Source: a virus
Lineage: Duplodnaviria; Caudoviricetes
IMG/VR virus record: IMGVR_UViG_3300020129_000348
Span: 1-51,461 of that record
Length of the DNA stretch: 51,461 nt
Reading direction: 5' to 3' (one strand)
The first letter of the stretch is position 1. Each line of letters begins with the position of its first letter. A program made the position numbers and the translations under genes. The notes under the pieces were generated by a model. The model saw nothing but the letters and a program-made list of their open reading frames with translations, was not told where the DNA came from and searched no databases. Of the stretch, positions 38,062-46,540 are shown one piece after another.

Positions 38062-38292
38062 TCACTTATGACACCCTTGACATTGCTTCAAGCCGGCAGC
38101 ACTTTTCATCGAAGGCCGAAAGCAAGAGTTGCTTCCGATCATGACCGATTGCCCTTCAAAACTGTAGATCGGCGGATCGAAACAAACAACCGAATGCAGA
38201 CTATCTCGCTTAGGCGAAAGCTGCACGTTGCGGAAGAGACATCCTGTTGTCAGCATGCACAGACCCACCAATAATGCAATCGTGGTTCGCAT
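38062..38292 (-). CDS. Small Cys-rich lipoprotein-like protein
   Basis: MRTTIALLVGLCMLTTGC; TGATG coupling. Confidence 0.55.
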   Translation of the reverse strand: MRTTIALLVGLCMLTTGCLFRNVQLSPKRDSLHSVVCFDPPIYSFEGQSVMIGSNSCFRPSMKSAAGLKQCQGCHK

Positions 38293-39209
38293 CAGTATTG
38301 CGCGATTACCGCCGTGCCGTGAACTGCGACTCCGGACGCCATGTTGTAACAGAGAGCTTTTCCGGCCGGAACTACCCAAGTCGATTCCGGGCCAAGGTTA
38401 TTTGAGTAAGCGAGAACATTTGAAAGCAGTCCCGTAAGATCCGTCGCACCAGTCGCGCAATTTGACCCCGTTCCATATTGCATCTTGAAGTTCACTGTAT
38501 TTCCCGAAGTATCAGGTGTGAATTCAAAGGCGCATACGCGGATCACGGTTGAACCAGAAGCGGCTACAATCTGAGTATTGCCGGTTGCCGACGCTGTAAA
38601 CGGGACAGTTGTAGTGCAATTCTGGAACGGCAGGACATTGCCGGATCCGTCGACCGAAGCCATAAGCACTGGAGGTTTTGTAGGCGCCGCGCCCGTCGCG
38701 TCAGGCCCATCTACAACACACGGAGTTCCCGAAGTCCCAGGGCAGGGAGTTCCACCGCCGCCCGAACTCGATATCGTCCCCGCATCATCTCGGAAGCCAT
38801 TCAGTGTTCCGGTTATGAGACCAGTTCCAGTGTGAGATGCTAGGCGTACTCTCATCCACGGGAAGTAGCCAGTGAACTTAGTGGAGGCTGAAGTTATCGA
38901 GGTGTTCGGATTAATCCCCGTTCCGACGATTGAGCCGGCGAACGTGACAAAGGTTCCCGGAGATCCTGAGGAATCAGGAGCGTCCTCAACTACCAAAGAA
39001 ATTGCAGAGTAGCCGGTTGACGAATAATCCAGTTTCCAATTCGGACACGGCACTCCTGTGTTTGGTGAACTTGCCAAGTTGTTGTAGGAGTTCGTGACTA
39101 GATTTGCATTGTTGATTGCGAAGGGTATTTGGCAGTCTGGGGCTACTTTTGTTTGCGACTGCCCCCACAGTTCTATTGTCAAGACGATCAGCAACAGGAT
39201 ACTTTTCAT
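38292..39209 (-). CDS. Beta-rich putative virion protein with Sec-type signal peptide
   Basis: MKSILLLIVLTIELWG-Q; S/T/G-rich. Confidence 0.75.
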   Translation of the reverse strand: MKSILLLIVLTIELWGQSQTKVAPDCQIPFAINNANLVTNSYNNLASSPNTGVPCPNWKLDYSSTGYSAISLVVEDAPDSSGSPGTFVTFAGSIVGTGINPNTSITSASTKFTGYFPWMRVRLASHTGTGLITGTLNGFRDDAGTISSSGGGGTPCPGTSGTPCVVDGPDATGAAPTKPPVLMASVDGSGNVLPFQNCTTTVPFTASATGNTQIVAASGSTVIRVCAFEFTPDTSGNTVNFKMQYGTGSNCATGATDLTGLLSNVLAYSNNLGPESTWVVPAGKALCYNMASGVAVHGTAVIAQY

Positions 39210-39535
39210 ACGTTGGCGCTCTTCTCGGCTATAGAGAACAGGTTGCGACTCTCAAACGTTCGCGCTATGAAGCCCTGACTGTCGTTCGGTAACGATATTG
39301 CATGTCCAGGCGCGACGGTTACCGTGTTGTAGAGCGGCGTGTCCTGCACGTCGAGATCATCAGAAATGTAGATTTGCCCTGTGAATTGCTGGATGATGAA
39401 CAACTGTTTGTCTGTGATGCACTGCGCCGCAATCTCAAGAGAACTTGGCGGTGGAGCAACAGGGGCCGGAATAAACCGTTTCAGTCCGAACAGCGCGGCA
39501 AGCGTAGCGAAGAATCCACGGCGAGTTAGTCCCAT
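39206..39535 (-). CDS. Twin-arginine-signal protein containing a capsid-protein fragment (C8 cargo)
   Basis: TRRGFF N-terminus; residues 35-84 match residues 28-77 of 21422..22114 (32/50 identical, counted by hand). Confidence 0.75.
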   Translation of the reverse strand: MGLTRRGFFATLAALFGLKRFIPAPVAPPPSSLEIAAQCITDKQLFIIQQFTGQIYISDDLDVQDTPLYNTVTVAPGHAISLPNDSQGFIARTFESRNLFSIAEKSANV

Positions 39536-39951
39536 CAGTACTCATCCTCGTTTCGATAACTACGAATCGACAGCGGACGCGCAGCGGGAGTTCCGTCAAT
39601 GCTCGGTAGTAAGTCACGAACGGTTTGCTCGTCAACTGGTGTGATGGAGTAGATTGCCGGAAGTCCGAAGTATCGCGTAAAGCCGACGCGCACTACTTTG
39701 CCGCCCTTCAACAGATCGGGAACATCGACACGAAAGAGCACGCCACTTCCAAAGGTCTGCTGGGAGAGAAAGCCGACGATCCGCTGGTGTCCGAAGAGTT
39801 CAACGAGTGCCCATGATTTCAACTCAGGTGCCGAGGGCCGCTCGTTTGGCTCAACGATCAACGCTTGCGGGTTCGTTCGCTTCACATCAGCCTCATTTGC
39901 GCGAACGCAAGGTGGGCCTGGCCGCGAGAGATTGCCGAGAGGAGCGCCGAC
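39212..39951 (-). mobile_element. Cassette C8 (inverted ends), two cargo genes
   Basis: GTTGGCGCTCTTCTC...GTTCGCGCTAT left; GCCTCATTTGCGCGAAC...GAGAGGAGCGCCGAC right. Confidence 0.9.
39535..39885 (-). CDS. Hypothetical phage protein (C8 cargo)
   Basis: WALVELFGHQRIVG...FRVDVP...AIYSITP. Confidence 0.75.
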   Translation of the reverse strand: MKRTNPQALIVEPNERPSAPELKSWALVELFGHQRIVGFLSQQTFGSGVLFRVDVPDLLKGGKVVRVGFTRYFGLPAIYSITPVDEQTVRDLLPSIDGTPAARPLSIRSYRNEDEY

Positions 39952-39994
39952 ATAAAAGAACCGTATCTATAGTACTACTCCATCTAAGGTACCG

Positions 39995-40023
39995 TTGACA
40001 AGCCTTTTCTTAGGCTCTAATCT
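39995..40023 (+). promoter_or_regulatory. sigma70 promoter, probably leaderless transcript
   Basis: TTGACA-N17-TAATCT, 7 nt before ATG 40031. Confidence 0.7.
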
Positions 40024-40030
40024 TGTGGGC

Positions 40031-40360
40031 ATGGCAAATGCAATTATAAAGTACGGAGACGACGGGGGAACCTTCGCGGTCGTTTTGCCGGACGGGGAAG
40101 AAACGGACGCACTAGATCTAGACCTGAACGGGATTACACTTCTCGACGATGAATCGGATCCGAGCGCCCCCGGCTTTCTCGTGTTGACATCGGCCTACGG
40201 AGGCGGACTCAAACCAAACACAGTCTATCAGCTTACAGCGCTGGATACGGACGTTGAAACCGACGTTGACCTTGACTATGACGACGAATCGGACGAGGAA
40301 GAGTACGAATCGGACGACGAGGACGAAGACGACGAAGAAGCCGAGGAAGCCGAAGCGTGA
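40031..40360 (+). CDS. Highly acidic small protein
   Basis: D/E-rich throughout, long acidic tail. Confidence 0.8.
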   Translation: MANAIIKYGDDGGTFAVVLPDGEETDALDLDLNGITLLDDESDPSAPGFLVLTSAYGGGLKPNTVYQLTALDTDVETDVDLDYDDESDEEEYESDDEDEDDEEAEEAEA

Positions 40361-40454
40361 CACGCGAACCACTGACGCCCGCAACTCCGCTTGAACTCGC
40401 TGAACGAGCCAAATGTCCAGCTTGCCGCGAAGGACGTTGGCACACCGAAGCTGA

Positions 40455-40808
40455 GTGGAAGAATCACCCACGGGCGGGAAATGGGCATTCTTTGCTCGAT
40501 ACGACACGACCGAAGAAGACCGTATGATTAACGCTTTATTTGTTGCTGGCGCTCCTCTCGGCTGTTTTTCATCGGCTGACGCACTTTGCGTTCGCGCAAA
40601 TGAGGCAGCACGACGGAACCGCTTTTTCGCAGCGTTCACCACCGATGAATTAATAGCCGTGACGACCATCTTATTCTCCCCGCTTCCTATCAGTCTGAAG
40701 AGGGAATGCTTGGTGCCAATTGCAGACCGAGTGCTTCAGAGGGCGAACGCGGAAGAACCGCAGCCGACGAGCGGCACCCGAGAAGAGCCCCAACCAAAAA
40801 AGCAATGA
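40455..40808 (+). CDS. Hypothetical protein reading through cassette C9
   Basis: Contains translation of both ends; stop overlaps next ATG. Confidence 0.45.
   Translation: MEESPTGGKWAFFARYDTTEEDRMINALFVAGAPLGCFSSADALCVRANEAARRNRFFAAFTTDELIAVTTILFSPLPISLKRECLVPIADRVLQRANAEEPQPTSGTREEPQPKKQ
40545..40794 (+). mobile_element. Cassette C9, minimal 250-bp element
   Basis: GCTGGCGCTCCTCTC...GTTCGCGCAAATGAGGC left; CAGAGGGCGAAC...GAGAAGAGCCCCAAC right. Confidence 0.85.
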
Positions 40809-40999
40809 CAGTACCACCCAATCTTGATCTCTCTCCCGAACTAAGAGCTCTAATTGAAGAATCAGTTCAAAACTTCACCGCTCAACTGAAATCGGCAACA
40901 GGTTGGGTGTACAACATGATCGGAGCAGAGAACTGGATTGCCGATTACCGGGCTGAGATTACGCGCGTAATTCGCAAGACGCTGGAGACAAAGAAATGA
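40805..40999 (+). CDS. Hypothetical protein
   Basis: ATGA coupled. Confidence 0.6.
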   Translation: MTVPPNLDLSPELRALIEESVQNFTAQLKSATGWVYNMIGAENWIADYRAEITRVIRKTLETKK

Positions 41000-41313
41000 A
41001 CGTACGCTCCGTCACATTCCCGCAGCTTCAGTATAATGAATCGGCCAAAAAGTCACGCGTGAAAAAATCCGCCGACAACGGCCATGCACCGGAAAAGGCA
41101 CAGGCCGTAGCGAAGCAAGTACAATTGGCCCCTAAGCCCAACATTCTCACCGCTCTGGACCAAGCACGCATCCACGCCAATATCATTTTCAATAAGCTAA
41201 ATCCGATCATCGGCTCTGAAAATCGCCATGGCGACCTGTGCGTAATTCGCAGCGCAGCCTTGAACATACTTCAGCATATTGAAGTACTGATCAACGCGGA
41301 GGAAGAGACATGA
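40996..41313 (+). CDS. Hypothetical protein
   Basis: ATGA coupled. Confidence 0.65.
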   Translation: MNVRSVTFPQLQYNESAKKSRVKKSADNGHAPEKAQAVAKQVQLAPKPNILTALDQARIHANIIFNKLNPIIGSENRHGDLCVIRSAALNILQHIEVLINAEEET

Positions 41314-41642
41314 CCTGTCCATCCTGCCATGCCGAAGTACCACCCGGCCAGCTCGTGTGCGATTGCTTCCAGGTGAACGCTGACAAGGAAGTCCAGGAAC
41401 GAGCACTCGCCGCCTTTATTCAGCGCGGCCAACTACTCTACCGGACCTCAGCACTCACGAGTGGACATCATCTGTTGCCAGCACGAAAGAACTGCCTTTC
41501 ACTGTGCCACAAGAAACGATTCCACTTCGCGAAAACATCGCCGATTGTGAAGGACCAGTTCCTCCACGCCAAGCCCGATGAGTTCTGTAAAGCATGCGCT
41601 GAAGTAGTCAACGCTGCAATTCGAGGAGTCGATGCCGCCTGA
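41310..41642 (+). CDS. Cys-rich hypothetical protein
   Basis: CPSC, CDC, CLSLC, CKAC. Confidence 0.7.
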   Translation: MTCPSCHAEVPPGQLVCDCFQVNADKEVQERALAAFIQRGQLLYRTSALTSGHHLLPARKNCLSLCHKKRFHFAKTSPIVKDQFLHAKPDEFCKACAEVVNAAIRGVDAA

Positions 41643-42192
41643 ATTCGTCCGCATTGAAGATTACCGGCCGTTCTGGGAAGCATTCCGACGTGACCAAGAA
41701 TGGACCGCGTTTACCGGGCTACTCGACGGCGAACCAGCTTGGAGCGACGGTCACGTGTTGATGCTGGGAGATCCGCCACCAAGCGCCGACACGCCTCAAG
41801 ACGCCCCTCTGCATATGTTTGACGGACCTTTGGAGAAGGCGAAACGAGAGACCCTGAAACCGATTGAACCGCTGGCCGTCACAACGATAGGAAAATACAG
41901 AGTCGTTGTCTTTTCAGATGGACATATCGTCGATGTTCGCTTTTGGCGTTTACTCAACGAACGATGGCGGCACGCAATCTGGCTAGGAGACGAATACTCA
42001 CACTGTGAGCTGCCAACAACGCTAATATCCCCGATGGCTATACGGGATGGAGAGAAGTTGGTTGCTGTAGTCATGGCTATGAAGACAGACAGTTACGCCG
42101 ATATCAATGCAGTGCTGGCAGAGCTTCAGAACGCGAACCGCAGCGACTCCAAGCAGTCAACGGAAGCCGAGAAGAGCGCCGATCAAAAATGA
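41632..42192 (+). CDS. Hypothetical protein ending in orphan end
   Basis: GAGGAG RBS; tail ...EKSADQK. Confidence 0.75.
   Translation: MPPEFVRIEDYRPFWEAFRRDQEWTAFTGLLDGEPAWSDGHVLMLGDPPPSADTPQDAPLHMFDGPLEKAKRETLKPIEPLAVTTIGKYRVVVFSDGHIVDVRFWRLLNERWRHAIWLGDEYSHCELPTTLISPMAIRDGEKLVAVVMAMKTDSYADINAVLAELQNANRSDSKQSTEAEKSADQK
42123..42183 (+). repeat. Orphan cassette-end site
   Basis: GCTTCAGAACGCGAAC...GAGAAGAGCGCCGAT; spacer very similar to reverse complement of C7 left end. Confidence 0.85.
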
Positions 42193-42587
42193 ACGCGTTG
42201 AAACAAGTAGCTCATTGGGTAAAAGAACAACTGCCCTCTCGTTGGCCCAAAGGAACAGTCGCAGTCCGAGAGAAGTCTGGGAAGCCAGCCTTTCTAAAAG
42301 GAGTAGTTCATACAATTAACCGGAATGGCATTTGGATCGAAGTCGGCGAACCGTCGATGCGCTGTCTCTTGGGCGCGACGTACATTCACTACTGCGATCA
42401 TTGCCAGAAGTCGATTCCAGGATACGTCACGTTCAACCGGCCGGCGAATCAAAGACACTACTGCCCCTTCTGTGGACCAGGCTTTCTTTTACGAGAACTA
42501 CGGAAAGGTGAAAAGGTTCTACTGCATTACCGCTTTCGAGAAGATGGGAGTGGAGGGATGTGGTATGGGGAGAGAGTTGATTGGTGA
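42189..42587 (+). CDS. Zn-ribbon hypothetical protein
   Basis: CDHC...CPFC. Confidence 0.7.
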   Translation: MNALKQVAHWVKEQLPSRWPKGTVAVREKSGKPAFLKGVVHTINRNGIWIEVGEPSMRCLLGATYIHYCDHCQKSIPGYVTFNRPANQRHYCPFCGPGFLLRELRKGEKVLLHYRFREDGSGGMWYGERVDW

Positions 42588-42652
42588 ACTTTCTTAGTCG
42601 TTGGCGCTCTTCTCAGGGATCGTTGACAGTTTGAAGACGTCACGTTCGCGCT

Positions 42653-42940
42653 ATGGATACCAGACCAGTTGAGAAAGCAGAAATTATCGGTGTTCAGTTC
42701 AACTCGCTCGGACGACGGACCTGGATACTGAAGGGCGATCCGAGGGCTGATCGAGAACCAACTACCCGGCTACTGATGGCTCAGCCGACAATGCGGCGAT
42801 TAGAAGCGTTCCGAAGTGGAGCTATGGCGCGCTGTCAAGGACTTCCGCGTAAACCACATTGGAACCGGGACTCGCTTGGGGCTTACCATTTCGGCATCGG
42901 ATGGGACGCCGCCGATCTTAAGATTCGAGACTTATCATGA
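42653..42940 (+). CDS. Hypothetical protein (C10 cargo)
   Basis: ATG lies in the cassette end. Confidence 0.65.
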   Translation: MDTRPVEKAEIIGVQFNSLGRRTWILKGDPRADREPTTRLLMAQPTMRRLEAFRSGAMARCQGLPRKPHWNRDSLGAYHFGIGWDAADLKIRDLS

Positions 42941-43161
42941 AACGGTTGATTGTGGAAAGCATTGGGATGGCTCTGATGTTCGGGGCGATGTGGGGACACA
43001 ACGCAATACTCAACCTTCCCGTATTCCAATTTCATTGGAGGCCGTGGCTGGCTGGTGGTCTCATCTGGCTTTGCTCCGGGATAAATACTAATCTCATGAA
43101 TGCCTACCGCAAAATCAAAGCTTCAGAGGGCGAACGCGAAGACCCTCAACCTCCGCGTTGA
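42937..43161 (+). CDS. Two-TM membrane protein (C10 cargo)
   Basis: Two hydrophobic segments; SEGER tail. Confidence 0.65.
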   Translation: MKRLIVESIGMALMFGAMWGHNAILNLPVFQFHWRPWLAGGLIWLCSGINTNLMNAYRKIKASEGEREDPQPPR

Positions 43162-43193
43162 CAGCCGAGGAAAGCCCCAAAAAGGGAGAGAAA

Positions 43194-43679
43194 ATGGACA
43201 GTTATGAATCAGTAGTACACTCTGGCGATAAGACCTCAATTGCAATTGTAGGCATGCCGGCATCGAAGGTTTCAGACACACTGGATGCGTTGGAAGTGCT
43301 GTATCAGGCGGTTCAAGAAGAGCCAGCCGGAGACTTGGCGTCGATTCCGAAGCGCCGGTGGTGGCAATCCTCTAACACGCACGTAGTTTTGGAAGTGGCG
43401 GTGCGTCAGGCACGCATACGGACAAACCTGCTGAAGATCGCCCGCGACCAGGTCCGCGAACTCGCAATTGCCCACGCCAAAGCACTCAACGACGCCAAGG
43501 CTCATGCCGCACAAGTGGACTTCTACAAACAGTACCTCGAACTCGCAGCGCAACTGAGGGAGCTGAGGAACTTCTTTGCGGAGCACTACTCTTCTGAACT
43601 GGAAAGAGCACTGGTACAGAATGTTAACTTACTGGACTTAGCGAAACAGATTATGCTCAGGAATAAGGCAGGCTCGTGA
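43194..43679 (+). CDS. Helical hypothetical protein
   Basis: GGAG RBS; alternative TTG start 43158. Confidence 0.7.
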   Translation: MDSYESVVHSGDKTSIAIVGMPASKVSDTLDALEVLYQAVQEEPAGDLASIPKRRWWQSSNTHVVLEVAVRQARIRTNLLKIARDQVRELAIAHAKALNDAKAHAAQVDFYKQYLELAAQLRELRNFFAEHYSSELERALVQNVNLLDLAKQIMLRNKAGS

Positions 43680-43691
43680 TGATGCTTTGTG

Positions 43692-43977
43692 GTTGGCGCT
43701 ATTCTGAACTGTCAGCGGAACGGTTGAGCCACTTTGCGTTCGCGCAAATGAGGCAGGGGTAGGCACGTGCCGCACGAGTTTGATAGGCGTATTCAGCTTT
43801 CGGTGGGAACTATACGCGTCCATTTCCAGATCCCAAACGTCTTTGCCCTAACTGGAATTGACCGGGACTTCGTGTATCAAATCATCGACGCGGTGAACCA
43901 CTACGAGCATAAACAGCTTCAGAGGGCGAACGCGGAAAAACCGCTACCGACGAGCGACAGCGGAGAAGAGCCCCAAC
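43692..43977 (+). mobile_element. Cassette C11 (inverted ends)
   Basis: GTTGGCGCTATTCTG...GTTCGCGCAAATGAGGC left; CAGAGGGCGAAC...GAGAAGAGCCCCAAC right. Confidence 0.85.
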
Positions 43978-43997
43978 CTAAAAGGAACAGAGAGTGA
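43767..43997 (+). CDS. Small hypothetical protein (C11 cargo)
   Basis: LQRANA...EEPQ tail. Confidence 0.6.
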   Translation: MPHEFDRRIQLSVGTIRVHFQIPNVFALTGIDRDFVYQIIDAVNHYEHKQLQRANAEKPLPTSDSGEEPQPKRNRE

Positions 43998-44422
43998 TTC
44001 AATCCCTCGACAAACGAACCGGCACTCTCTGGTATTGCACTGAATGCCCCGCTTCTGGTGTTCTAACGTGGCTGGAAGGAAATCCCGGAGTATGGGCGGT
44101 ATCTGAAGCCCTCCGGGAAGCTCACGCGGTCCACTGGCTCGCAATACGCATACTTGTACCGAACCGCTGGAAGATGGACCTGGACACGGCGGGAAACCAA
44201 TTATGCGGCATGTTGCGCGTCCTAAAAGATGTCTTACAGGTAGACATGGAATGCGATGGACGCTCCAATGGGCCAGTGCAAGAGAATCTTGATCCTGAAC
44301 TGTTGGCGCGGGTGCAAACCGTTATCAAAAGGGCCGAAGAGCTTCAGAGGGCGAACGCGGGAGAGCCGCAACCGACGAGCTACAGCGGAGAAGAGCCCCA
44401 CTATAAAAGGAGCGAGTCATGA
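43994..44422 (+). CDS. Hypothetical protein between two direct-orientation ends
   Basis: GTGA coupled; LQRANA...EEPH tail. Confidence 0.7.
   Translation: MIQSLDKRTGTLWYCTECPASGVLTWLEGNPGVWAVSEALREAHAVHWLAIRILVPNRWKMDLDTAGNQLCGMLRVLKDVLQVDMECDGRSNGPVQENLDPELLARVQTVIKRAEELQRANAGEPQPTSYSGEEPHYKRSES
44341..44401 (+). repeat. Orphan cassette-end site
   Basis: GCTTCAGAGGGCGAAC...GAGAAGAGCCCCAC; close copy of 43916-43977. Confidence 0.9.
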
Positions 44423-44760
44423 ACCCAGTTCAACAAGTCGTAAGCAAAGAACAAATTGAAATGCAACTCAGGTATGCCGAAGTAGAGCTTGCATGCTGGA
44501 TTAAACACCTGGAAGCACACCAAGCAAGGGGCGGAGCGGAGTGCGAGTTTAATTCGGCGCTATGGATCAAGGCTTATCCCGGCTGCGAACATCTTCCCGT
44601 CCTAGAACGCTACATTGATACGTACAAAGCCGACTACGACGCCAAAGCCGAACTGATCAAACTGAGCCTTGCGAAGCTACAGTCTAATGTCGATCAGCTT
44701 AAACAGATTCTTTTGAAGATTGATCAACAGGTAGTTGTGCCGGGTAGTTTTCAGGTTTGA
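44419..44760 (+). CDS. Coiled-coil hypothetical protein
   Basis: AGGAG RBS, ATGA coupled. Confidence 0.7.
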   Translation: MNPVQQVVSKEQIEMQLRYAEVELACWIKHLEAHQARGGAECEFNSALWIKAYPGCEHLPVLERYIDTYKADYDAKAELIKLSLAKLQSNVDQLKQILLKIDQQVVVPGSFQV

Positions 44761-44833
44761 TTTTTATGTTGGCGCTCTTCTCATCTGTCTTTCGTAGCTT
44801 GAGCCACTGGGCGTTCGCGCAAATGAGGCAGCC

Positions 44834-45076
44834 ATGAACCTGAACGACCTCTACCCGCGCGGAACAAAGCTGGTGGACGTACCGCCCGATTTCACCGGTA
44901 TGCCGGTAGCTGAATGGCAACGTCTGAAGATGCAAGAACAGTTCGACGCATACCGAGTTGCCGCCGATGCCGCTGGGCCACAGACCGAAGGCGCACTCCG
45001 CGACTGGAAGCGCTGCAAAGGTCAGGAGTGGCGCGGCAAGGCGTTAGCTACGAAGCGGGATGGCTACGGGAAATGA
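44834..45076 (+). CDS. Hypothetical protein (C12 cargo)
   Basis: ATG after end-encoded GAGG. Confidence 0.7.
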   Translation: MNLNDLYPRGTKLVDVPPDFTGMPVAEWQRLKMQEQFDAYRVAADAAGPQTEGALRDWKRCKGQEWRGKALATKRDGYGK

Positions 45077-45327
45077 AGATCGAGATTCAGTCCTGCACAA
45101 TCACCACAGTCATGAACACATCCGACAAACCGGATGCTCTTGTAGTCAGACTTGCCGAGCAAATGGCGTGGTCTAAGAAGTTCGCAGACCTGCAAGAAGA
45201 GACAACGCTGGACGCCAAGCTATCGACCGCCCGTACAATCATTCTCCTAGTCGGGCTTGTCGCTTCCGTTGCGTTCAATGTTTACCAGTTCATCGCATCC
45301 GTGATTGCCTCAGAGGGCGCACGGTAG
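45073..45327 (+). CDS. Single-TM protein (C12 cargo)
   Basis: ATGA coupled; SEGAR tail. Confidence 0.65.
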   Translation: MKIEIQSCTITTVMNTSDKPDALVVRLAEQMAWSKKFADLQEETTLDAKLSTARTIILLVGLVASVAFNVYQFIASVIASEGAR

Positions 45328-45400
45328 AAAACTCACAACCGTTGCGTTGACCGTTGAGAAAAGCCCCAAACAAAAAGAAGGGTATGATACAATTCCAACC

Positions 45401-45673
45401 ATGTTAGAACTAACTAGCTATCAGACTCGAAATGCACGACTGGTGAAAATGGAATCCCATGAGCTAAGGGACATCACCCTGCAGGACGGCTCAACTCAGA
45501 GCATGGACGTATTCCGCGGCACACTCATGAAAGCCGATGGAACTACTCCTGAGACTCAGTGCGAATGGATTGACTCCAAACAGCCACATACGATCGGGGA
45601 GTGCATTAACCCAGCTACGAGACGGCCATTTGGACAGACTACTCTGAATGATCTTGTCAAACGAGTTGGTTGA
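45401..45673 (+). CDS. Hypothetical protein
   Basis: TACAAT 7 nt before ATG. Confidence 0.65.
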   Translation: MLELTSYQTRNARLVKMESHELRDITLQDGSTQSMDVFRGTLMKADGTTPETQCEWIDSKQPHTIGECINPATRRPFGQTTLNDLVKRVG

Positions 45674-45749
45674 TTCCTTCTTTTTTGTTGGCGCTCTTCA
45701 GGGCTGTCTCTCGTAGCCAGCGCCGATCAGCGTTCGCGCAAATGAAGCT

Positions 45750-46540
45750 TTAGGTGAAGCATCCCTCAACACAGCCACGCTCGGCAAACATCGTATTTTG
45801 AGCAAAGAAGTCTACCTCGCCAAGCGGCATGCACGATGGATGCAAGTAGAAGTGGGGATCAATCGCGCGTAGATCGCGGTCGGTTTCACAAGCCAACTTG
45901 AAATCTTCGGGCCAGTTCAATTTCATGTCGATCCATTCCGAATCCGCGTGGTTTGGGCAAAGGTAACACGCTGAATGTGGAATAGGCCCATCCCATGTTT
46001 CCCGGATCAATGCAACGGTAGTGTCCTAATTTAGGACACTACCAATGCAACGCATTGATTGACACGCATCGGAACGTCAAACAACAACGGATATCTGATC
46101 TGTAGCCATTTCACTCGTGGACGGCGAACCCGGCTCATTTCGTTGAGTGAAATACCTATCCAGTTGGTTGCGCTCTCGACTCCCAGCGAACGCAAATAAC
46201 GCATCAATACTTCGCGCTTCCACTCGCCGGAACAATACGGTTCCAGTTTCCCGAGTGAGCCGCTTTGGTTTGTAAACCCCGGCAGCAACACTAATCCTTT
46301 GGTGCTGAGGAGGTCCACGGTCGCCCAATCGTCCTTTTTGATTATCGTTAGTTCCAAGCCGACCTCGGCCAGCTTCGGGCGAATGAATCCATCGACAAAC
46401 GGCCATGTCGAAGACCGCTCCCGGCCAGTGTTCGTCATAACACAAAGGTCAGGACGCGGCAACCGGCCCTGGCGGATTAACTCGGCTATCGCGCCGCTCT
46501 GCCTACCTCCACCACAGGACCATACTTGAAGATCTTTCAC
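45750..46540 (-). pseudogene. PAPS-reductase/PP-loop family gene frameshifted by a 35-bp insertion
   Basis: VWSCGGGRQS PP-loop, TGRE, SACYLCP; two ORFs fuse if 46017-46051 is removed. Confidence 0.8.
46017..46043. mobile_element. 27-bp palindromic IS-like footprint with 8-bp target duplication
   Basis: GGTAGTGTCCTAA-T-TTAGGACACTACC flanked by AATGCAAC at 46009-46016 and 46044-46051. Confidence 0.8.

Larger units (their letters stand above)
42600..43180 (+). mobile_element. Cassette C10 (inverted ends), two cargo genes
   Basis: GTTGGCGCTCTTCTC...GTTCGCGCTATG left; CAGAGGGCGAAC...GAGGAAAGCCCCAA right. Confidence 0.85.
44768..45369 (+). mobile_element. Cassette C12 (inverted ends), two cargo genes
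   Basis: GTTGGCGCTCTTCTC...GTTCGCGCAAATGAGGC left; CAGAGGGCGCAC...GAGAAAAGCCCCAA right. Confidence 0.9.

Noticed and set aside
34301-39209. Diversity-generating retroelement acting on spike genes
   Set aside because: No reverse transcriptase and no TR/VR pair with adenine-specific differences seen.
43916-44401. Integron attC/CALIN interpretation
   Set aside because: Sites are not palindromic R''-L''-L'-R' hairpins. Both AAC boxes face the same way, most sites occur as inverted pairs, and no integron integrase is present.
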